This document shows, one piece after another, positions 54,100-64,000 of a DNA stretch of 64,000 bases. The notes below the pieces were generated by a model that saw only the letters and a program-made list of their open reading frames with translations, searched no databases and was not told the DNA's origin. Every line of letters begins with the position of its first letter. Within the stretch, counting starts at the first letter, position 1. The position numbers and the translations under genes are program-made. The DNA is taken from assembly GCA_038087875.1 (NCBI GenBank), contig CM075987.1:21144001-21208000 (forward strand). The letters are read 5' to 3'. Source of the stretch: Malacoraja senta. Lineage: Eukaryota.

Positions 54100-54286
54100 G
54101 TAGACAAAAGTGCTGGAGAAATAGGCAACGTTTCGGGCCAAAACCCTTCTTCAGTCTGAAGAAGGGTTTCGGCCCGAAACGTTGCCTATTTCCTTCGCTC
54201 CATAGATGCTGCCGCACCCGCTGAGTTTTTCCAGCACTTTTGTCTACCTTCGATTTTCCAGCATCTGCAATTCCTTCTTAAACACA
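54100..54286. mobile_element. Short fold-back PLE-terminus element with 14-bp TSD
   Basis: Inverted arms centred at 54155 (CTTCTTCAG-T-CTGAAGAAG); TGGATGTAATGATG at 54086-54099 and 54287-54300. Confidence 0.88.
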
Positions 54287-54852
54287 TGGATGTAATGATG
54301 ATTACTTTGAGACATATTGAGATCCAGCGAAGGTAGGATAGTATGAGGTTGTTAAAATACAAATCTGACGTTATTTGTAAATGCTGCGGCAAATCCAAAT
54401 GGGACAAAACAAAATGGAACTTTACACCAAAAGTAATTTCCTGGGCTTCATGAGTTAAGATGCCAGGGCAGCACATACCCTGAGATCAAATTTTGGGCAT
54501 AGGTTTTCAGACCATTAGTTTATCCTGCATCAAACGTGGAATGTTATTTGGGGAATCTCAAGAAGGCAGCGATCAGATGCCATGCAAATCCTTGGATTTA
54601 AAAAAAAACTTTTAAAATAATTTTAAATATCTTAAACTTATAATTTAATTACCAATTACCAGTGAACACTTGAAAGCGGCAGTTATTTTACCAGCTGTTG
54701 GGTGTATTTTGTGATACGAGGCATGTGTAAAATTACGTGGGCTGGTAATCAAATTGAATGCACAACATATGACAGAAGTTGCAGATTTAACTATGCAATT
54801 GATTGCATTCTGCATGCAACATGTTATAATTTTAGCTCTGTTTTCTTTCCAG

Positions 54853-55017
54853 AAGCCCTACACCGTCCGGAGTTTGAGTCCCAGGGTCTGAATGAAGCTG
54901 CCCGGTGGAATTCCAAAGAGAACTTGCTTGCCTGTCCCAGTGAAAATGATCCCAACCTTTTTGTTGCACTGTATGATTTTGTTGCCAGTGGTGATAACAC
55001 TCTCAGCATAACAAAAG
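54853..55017 (+). CDS. ABL1: ABL1 exon 2 (cap region and start of SH3: [55 protein letters not shown])
   Basis: Polypyrimidine tract plus AG at 54851-52 and GTGAG donor at 55018. Peptide matches ABL1 ([15 protein letters not shown]3 motif); phase 1/1. Confidence 0.97.
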
Positions 55018-56049
55018 GTGAGCAACAAATAGCTAATCCATTCAGGCATCAAACACGATGCAATATTTCAATATACCTGAGAACCAGACTTTAACCTGAA
55101 TAAACAATGCATGCTAAATGATACCATGCCTAGAGCACAAACTGAAACAGCAGTGCAAGTTGGGAGTAAAGATAAATTGGTCTTAGTTTTTAGCACTAGT
55201 CCTGATTAGCCATCTGAAGTTATCCCTGGACTTGTTTCATGTTCTTGGATCTTGTTTGCTATATCTTTTATGCATGACTCCAGCAATATGTTACTGATGC
55301 ACCTATTTGGGGATTTTAAATTGATTTAGTATACAAAAAATAAAACCCTTTTTCTGTGTATTAAATTCTGCATGTAGCATTATACTGTTACTATTCAGCT
55401 TTCCTCTGAAACTTGCTGTTCCTTTCAGAATCTTCCCATATATTAATTGTATGAATTCTATAATTTGGTTTGACACATCCAGAATAATATATCCTAAAAA
55501 GTATATTCCCCTGCAAGTGATTTACAGAATGCAACTTGGATTAGAAAACAGTATCCTTGATTCTGAATATCAAAATGCAGTTAAAATGGATACTTTTAAT
55601 TGGATACAAACGAACTTTGTGTACGCATCATCAAAGGCAAGGATGTTTAAAACCCTTAAACATGAACGTTTTTGGAGGCCATTTTATATCTGCTTTGAGT
55701 TCCACGCCCAACCATGGTCTGGACTAATCGCAGATGGTGTTTATATTTCTCTTCTTTGCCCAGATCCGGGAAATGACATGCCAGTGCCTGAGAAGTGAGC
55801 CTGTTCCCTATATGCGTGGTTGGTTAGCAACCGAGTGAAATTGGTCAGGAGCTTGTGACTCAACTGTTTGAGGTAGATTGGGGAATTTTGGGAGAGGGCA
55901 GGAGGGACTGCAAATACCTGTGTGTAATGTTAAACTATTTCTAAAACTAAATTAAAGAAATTAACATGTATTCGCAGTGTAATTATAGGAAAAGTAGAAC
56001 ATACTTCAAAATCTAATCATGCAGAATAGAAGTGTGTTTTCTATATTGA

Positions 56050-56439
<390 letters not shown>

Positions 56440-59400
56440 TGAAAGCAGTGATAATGTAGCATTTGTTTCTATATTAACAATGAGGAATTCTATAAAAAGT
56501 TAATTATCATTTAACATACTCATTAAACGTGTATAATTATATATCATCCAACACCTAAAACATGTTATAGAGAAGAAACAAGGAATTGCTGGTTAATACA
56601 CAAAAGGACGCAAAGTACTGGTGTAATTCGTCAGGTCAGGCAGCATCTCTGGAGAACATGGATATGTGACACTTTGAGTTGACCCCCTTCTTCAGATTGA
56701 TGGTGGGGGGCAAGAAAGAAAGCTGGAAGAAGGGAGAGGCAGGGCAAATCGTGATAGGTAGACGCAAGCAAGGGTTTTTTTTGATAGGCAGATGGTTGAA
56801 ACAAAGACCAGAGATAAAAGCAGAAGGTGTGAGACAAGGTTGAAGAGTTGAGAATTGCGAAGCTAGAGGGATGAAAGTAGGAGGAGGGGAGGGGAACATA
56901 GGTTGGAGTCTAGGTTGGGCACAGGAGTGAGTTGGGGGAGAAAAGTGCTGGGGTGGGGGGAGCGGTTTAAAAGGAGGTTATCATGGTAAACAGGTTGTCA
57001 TCCAAGCTGATCTATCAGTGTTTATACATCATGTGAGTCTTCCATACACCAATATCTGTACCAAAGCTTTCAGTATGTGTGGTCTTATGTTTATCCAGCT
57101 TTCATTAAATTCTAAGCAGTTTCTTTCAACTGTCTCTGGTTTCGGGTGGAACTTCTACCAAACGCTGGGTAATTTCCCCAGAATTTTCTGTTGGGTTCAT
57201 TCGTGATTATCTTGCATTTCTAATCTCAACTATTGTTCTCCCCTCCGAGAGGGAATATCTCCCCCGCAGATCTGCTATAAAAATGATTCATAATTGAGAA
57301 AATCTCAATTAGGTAACTTTTGAGTTTTATTTCTAAAAGCGATGCCCATTCTTTTCTGTTTCCCGATAATTGTATCCTCTGTTGCAGTGTAATTCTTGGG
57401 AAGTCACTTTGTACCTCAACCTTTTTCATAATTGTTGGGATCAGAAGTATTAATAGTGCTCTTTACTGATATAACAATACATGCATAAATCCTGATATTC
57501 AGTTTTATCACTTCAGGCATGAAATGTATTGCTATTTTTTTGGTCACTTTATTGATGTCTGTCAGCTGTGATTTGCTTATCTGCAGCTCCCTTTTCACCC
57601 CATTTTGGCTTCAAATCCATGCAGTTTGTCATTTCTCCATTCGTCCAGGAAAAAGCACCATTTCACATTTTCAATTACATGCCAGTTCTACAAATTTATT
57701 TACACTTATTACACTTTGCTGAATTCCGTCATTTTATTATTTACTGTCTGAAATTCCCCAACCAGCACTTTAGAAAAAGTAGAGCAGATGAGAGGGAATA
57801 TATGTTCTTGCCTTTAATGTTACTATTTCAAATAACGTGATGAAAAATAAAAGTGCAAAGTTAAAAAAAAAAATGTTTAGTGTCATTTGTCTTTATGGAT
57901 CAAATTGTGGAACTAAACAGTCTAGAAGAACATCTGTTGAAGTTCTCTCCAATGATCTAGAACATGTTACTTAAAGAAACAATAGTCTAATTTTTCAGTG
58001 AACATTGAAATTGAAAGGGTGAGTTTAACATTGAAATTGAAAGGGTGAGTTTAACATCCTGAACTGCATTCCTGCCTGAAATGTAGTTGTAATGCAGGTA
58101 TCTACCCAAAGAAAATTTGAGTTTATGGTTGTACAACATCATATTATTTTTAACATTTTAATCAAAAGGCAATGCTTTGCGGGATATGCTGCCAGTGCAT
58201 ACTCTTTCTTTACAAATCCTATTTCTCGACCTCCTTGAAGATTACATGAGAGAAAAGTATTTGTATCCTCCAGGCAATTGTCTCTGTTTTATTTCTTGCA
58301 ACCATTGGGCCTTCTTGAATTTAGTTTGATTGTCATGCAGAACAACATTTATGATATTGCCTTGAATATATAATGGTTTGATGTCAATAAGAGCATTTTA
58401 TTTGACTAACTTGATTTTGAAATCGAGGCATTTGAAGGTATTAATAAATGTTCTAAAATATCAACTTGAACACAGCCTCCTGCAGACTCCAATAAATAGA
58501 AGAGAGACTTCCATTTATATTGTCGGAGTCGCTCAGAAAACGCTCAGACCAACTTGCTTGCTCCGAGTCATATTCAGCTTCAGGAACAGTTAGGTTCATG
58601 GGCAAATTCGTAAGTGTTATACATCCCTTACTCCATTTGAATGAGCAACCATTTACCCTAGGTTTGAGAGAAGAATGTTTTCCTCAGCACTGAAAAAAAT
58701 CTCTTCTTCCATACAACTTGTTTAATGGGGATTTTGGCATACCCAATGCTCTTTCCCTCCATTCTATTCCAGGATCAGCCTAAACCATCAGTGTCCAAAA
58801 CATCCAGCATGTGAAATCCAGTTTAGAATTACATTTATCTGTTTTGATACTGATGCCTCACTGATAGAAAAGTCTGAATTCACAGCACTCGAGATGTGTT
58901 TGTGTCAGCAACTGAGGCATAAAACTTGAATTTATGTCCCTTGAGGCTTCAGTATGTACAACTTGACTATCTCATAAGAACACGATGCTCATAATAGCAT
59001 AGTAGCTGCTTGCCTGAAACCTTGACCTTCTGCGTGAGATAGCACTACCCATGTCAAACTGACATAACTTGGGCTTCTTGAGCACTTTTCCAAATGATGT
59101 GGATCAATCTGTTGTTTTTATGTTTCAAGGTCATGACTGCGAGACAATGTAACAATGCTCAGCGGTTACTTTCCTGTTGATCTCAAGCTTCAGTTATTTT
59201 AATCATAGGCGATGTAGGAGATTAGTTTAACTGTAGAATGTATTAAATGGGCAAAATGCCTGGAAAGGAAGAGTATCTGATTTATGCAATGGGACAGCAT
59301 CTCTAGCAGGCAGGCTTTGTTTTGTGGTCAGGTGCAGGAAGTAATAATGTTGTCATCTTATTGCAGAGTTGCAAGGAAATTTGATTTATGCTCGAATATG

Positions 59401-62400
59401 TTTTGTCATATATATCCAAAGTTCTAGAATAAATAAGTTTCCAGAAGAACCTATGACATATTTCCATTGGCAGTGATTTAGCAGGATGTATAGAGGTTAA
59501 AAGGTAAAGGCATATAATGAGCTGAGAATACAGTAAATTTCAACAAATCTGATTCGGATTAATTAACAGCGTGGAAACCAGTTATTTGTTTGGTTCCTTG
59601 AATATTGTGAGGGGGAGCAGTTATTGAATCCAAACTTATTATTTCCTATATACTTGCTTGCTTGCTCTGGTCCAAATAGGATCATCACTTGAGTTTGGGA
59701 GTGGGGTGGTAGAACTCCTTTGTGTAAAGCTCTCTCCTTGGCCACATTAAGTCTGACAGGAGCTTGACATTATATTTCTTTGAAACATGGAGGAGCTAAT
59801 GGTGCCTGGCTCGAGTCCAAAGGCAATCTCATGAGACTCAGGCCTCCTAACCCAAGCAGACCTTGTAGATGAGTCATTCTTGCTGGCTGCCAGATATAGG
59901 GATTAAAATCTAAAAAGTTGCCATTTGAGTATTGTTTTGAAGAAATAAAAAATAATGAAGTTGGAAGTGCAGAAAAGATCTGTGTGAAGATCCAATGTAT
60001 CTCATAAATATTGTCAAATTTGGTGCTGATCTTATCTATGGTTGTTGAATGATAATTGTGCTCAATGAGCCTCACCCTGGACATTCCCTCACCTCTCTCA
60101 TCAGGCAAAGGTACAGAAGTGTGAAAATGAATACCTCCAAATTCAGGGACATGAAACAGAAACTGGCTGAGAAAGCTTTTGGGATACTTTCCTTTAGTAG
60201 CCAAAGCATAGAACAGAAGATAGAGAGTTTGTTGGAACAACATTGAAGACTAATTGGGCCATTGCTAAAGCACTGCATCCAGTTCTGATCACATCATTAC
60301 ACTATGGACTTCACTGCATTGAAGAGATATGAGGCGGTTTATAAAAATATAGGGAATTTAACATTTGAACAGGCTTGAATATGCTAGAGTTGTCCCTGTT
60401 ATTAAAGAAATGTGTGGATATGTAATTGAAATGTATAATGTTAAGTTGGGGCCTAGATAGAATAGAAAAATATGTTTTGTTAAGCGAAGCGTTGTTCACT
60501 AAGAGTAAAAGATTTGATGTGGTTGGTGGAAGAACTAGAGAGGCATTGAGAATTTTTTTTTCCACGCAATGGGTCTAGACTTTGGGGATAGAATTAGGGT
60601 TAGCAAGAAAGCCTCAACAAAAACCCTTTTTTACCAAATGTACACTTGATGTGCATACCAAAATCAAGCTTTACGTCATCCAACTGAATCAACATTCCAA
60701 GTTATGTGTTGGCAGCCACATGGCTTGTCATCCAGGGCCATTCAAGGGTCTTTGTAGAATTTGATCACATTAGTCACGGAGAAGTAAAGGAACAATTTTG
60801 CAGACCAGGAACGGTAAATTTGTAGTAGTCTGTGTGGCATTTTTAGCCGTCTTAAATTTCTGATTCAGCGTTTTGAGCATCCAACCTCATTTTAGCAAAT
60901 AATTGTAGAGAAACTGCTCTGCATTGATCTGAGAAAAAGCCCCTATTTGTGAATAACTGGCTCCACTTCAATTTCTGCTTGTTAGCCATCGTATAGATCA
61001 AGTCAAGAGTTTAAACTGTTTTTTGAAGAAGGAAAGAAAGATTCTACATGGTCTTTTTGACTTCTTAAGGTGAGGGACTTTCTTTGAAATGCAGTAATTT
61101 GGGTACATAAATGCAATAGCCAGTTGGATCCAACATTGCCCAAGCACCAGAAAGTAAGTTATTTTTTTGTTCAGGGAAGAATGCAAGATTCACAAAATGA
61201 GTCATCCTCAATTTGTGAGAGAGTCCTGAGGAAGAAAGGGGTTATGGGCAACTTAAATGTTACCTAAACACATTTGGAGTTTTACTCAAAATCCCAATTA
61301 ATTTCTTTGATTAATATTTGCAGACATTGCTCTGCTGATGTATGTGCCATTAGCAGAGCCAGAATATTCAAAGAAATCTTTGTAAAACTTCAGGCCAGAT
61401 ATATCCAAACAGAAGAAAATTAATCAATGAGAAATAATTGGCAAAGTAGAAATTTGTTGACTCTACCGACTAAAAGTTGGGATATCCCAGGTTTTAATAG
61501 AATTTTAACAACCTACATTTATTTGCACGGATTTAAAATTTGTGTAAATATTTTGATTTGACATATAACACTTTGGATCTTTCTTTAACATTTTTCAATT
61601 TTTAAATGTCCTTCATGACCTTAGTGCACTTCACAGCCCATATTTTACTTTTGAAATCTAGTTATTACTGTTGTCAAGACATTATGGCAGGCAGACAGCA
61701 GGTGCCCACAAGCTGCACTGTAAGAATGATTGGTTGAATTGGGACTGTGGCTTGGTAGTAAATAGTGGCAAGGACTTCCTTACTCCTTCAATACTGCTGC
61801 GCAACCTTGTACATCCACATTTATTATATTTTCAGGGTAATTAACTGGAATTAAGCCAAATTTTGTTATCAAATCAAATACACATTTGAGATATTTATGA
61901 TATTATTTAGTTCTTAAGTACTTTTGAAGTGCGCTGTTCTGTTAATGAATGAAATGCAGCTGAGAATTGTACTCCCAGAAATGTTTTAAGTGATGTTGTA
62001 TGGGGGAAAAGCAGGAATGTGGTTCTGATTTTAGATGATCAGCCATGATGGTGGTGCTGGCTCGAAGGGCCAAATGGGCTACTCCTGTACCTTTTTTTTC
62101 TATGTTTGAGGGATAAATCTTTGCTCCCTTGCCAGGCATAATCCCACCTATCCTCTCTTTGAAATTGTGTCTTGGGATCTTTTGCATCTATTGGTGAAGG
62201 CAGCAGATTGCAGTTCAGTGGAGGAAAGTCCATTCCAATCCAGTGGCTGTTGGATGTCTTTTGACGTTGGTACAAAAGTCTCCCGGTGTTTATATTATGG
62301 GAAAAGCCGAAATATTGAGAGAAAATGAAGAATGAAAAAAATATTCATTTCTGATCGGCCTTTCATGATTTCAGGGTGGCCCAAAGATCTTTACGGACCA

Positions 62401-62529
62401 TGATTTGAGCTTACCGCTGAGCTTACCGATCACTGCTGTAACAAGAGAAATCGCACAACAAGATTCCACAAAGTTTGTTTCCAAAAAGAGCCATGTGTCA
62501 GCAATGTAACATTGATAATGGAAAATTGT

Positions 62530-63005
62530 TTAACATGGAGGCTTTGGAGGGAGTGCAGAAAAGGTTTACAAGTGTGCTGCCTGGATTAGAGAATATTAGC
62601 TAGAAGGAGATATTGAGCAAACATGGATTAGTTTCTGATGGGAGACATGATAGAAGTATGTAAAAATTATGGGAGGCAAAGATAGGGTAAACAGTCAGAA
62701 TATTTTTCTCAGGACAGAAATGTGAAATGCTAGAAGGCATACCTTTAAGGCGAGATGGTGAAAGTTTAGAGGAGATATGCGAGGCAAGTTGTTTTTAAGA
62801 GAGTGATAGGTGTCTGGAACACACTGGCAGAATGGTGATGGAAACAGATATGATAGAGGTGTTTGAGAAGTGTTTAAATAAGCACATGGAATGGAAAGAT
62901 GTGGATCGTGCGCAGGCAGAAGTCATTAGTTTAATTTGGCATCACGCTCAGCACAGACATCGTGAGTCAAAGGGCATGTTTCTGTGCTGCATTGTGCTAT
63001 GTTTT
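62530..63005 (+). mobile_element. Old CR1 LINE 3' fragment
   Basis: Degenerate ERVQRRFT...WNxLP-coding sequence and 3'UTR similar to the 13748-14300 copy. Confidence 0.7.
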
Positions 63006-64000
63006 GTGTTTAATATTTAATATTACCGATATCTCTGCATATTTTGTGTTCATATATTCTAGAGTGGATTAGTTTATAAGGCTTGGAGGAATTAAAGAAT
63101 ATTTGAATTGTGTGAACTAGTTAAAATTATACGATCCTGTGAAAATCCTCAATAAATAATTCTGCTTGTAATACAATTCTGAGTAGAATTAATTCTTCCA
63201 ATGACCTGACTTCATTATGTTGCAGATGTTGGAAAAAAACCTTTATATTTTGTTTATCTAGGTCTAATTGCCATATGCCTTTCTCTGTAATAAAATCAGT
63301 AGTCAAAATCAGTACACCATGACAAGTTAAATCATGAATCCTACACTCTTTGATATTGTCAACACTCAAGCTTTAAAAAAAAACAGGTTTTGTTTGCACA
63401 TTGGTATCTTAGCTTGCATTCACAATTATAACTAATTTGTAACTAATGTATAGTAGCTTGATTCAATGAAATGGTGAGACACGACCATAGATGATATTAA
63501 TCACTTGCATGGCCAGGACCAAGTAATCCCAATCTGAAAAATTAGAATGCGCCCAGAAATAAAATTAATTGCAGAACCAAGGAGCATACAGTAATCACAA
63601 ATTAACGTATTTCTTTGTTACAGACTTGTTGTTTGTTGAATGTTGCATTTAAAAACTGCTGGCTTAGGTTATTGAGTAGTATATGAATTGACAAGTTAAA
63701 ATCATGCAAAGGTGCCCTCGTTTAAACCAAATGACTTGCTGATTACCAAATCTTCACCACTTTTGAATTTGGTAATAGTTCCAGTAACAGGCAGTGAAGG
63801 TTGTACAAAAGACACCACAGATTGAACAGCTCTGGATTTTACCATGCAAACCCACTCATTTGACCATTCATTTGGCTTCTCTTCAAATCGGTTGCCTTGT
63901 ATTTTAGTGTCCATTTTCTCTCTGTGTACTTCCAGACTTCGTTCTGCATAGATTATGTTGTAAACACAGTGGGATTGCAGCAGTTTTACATTAGCACAGT

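Noticed and set aside
54702..55094. 130-aa ORF (and 56074..56442) as stand-alone genes
   Set aside because: Only the splice-bounded parts match ABL1; the rest is intronic read-through.
58001..58057. 26-bp direct duplication
   Set aside because: Ordinary local tandem duplication with nothing inserted between the copies.

Overview
Vertebrate genomic DNA. The repeat content (HE1/V-SINE, SacSINE1-like, CR1 and Penelope-like families) points to a cartilaginous fish, probably a skate or ray. The window covers the 5' part of the ABL1 tyrosine kinase gene on the + strand: alternative first exon 1a (24146-24224), exon 2 (54853-55017) and exon 3 (56120-56415), with canonical splice sites and phases. 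Everything else is intronic and rich in repeats: two Tc1 IR/DR transposons, Rex1/Babar and CR1 LINEs, Helitron remnants, a deleted Gypsy element, a hAT-like MITE and SINEs. Two things stand out. First, a family of fold-back Penelope-like insertions carries minimal hammerhead-ribozyme cores and is flanked by 14-16 bp target-site duplications; one is a spacer-less 918-bp perfect palindrome. Second, a degenerate ZFP36L2/TIS11-family gene copy lies antisense inside ABL1 intron 1. Family names come from motif recognition only; no database search was run.
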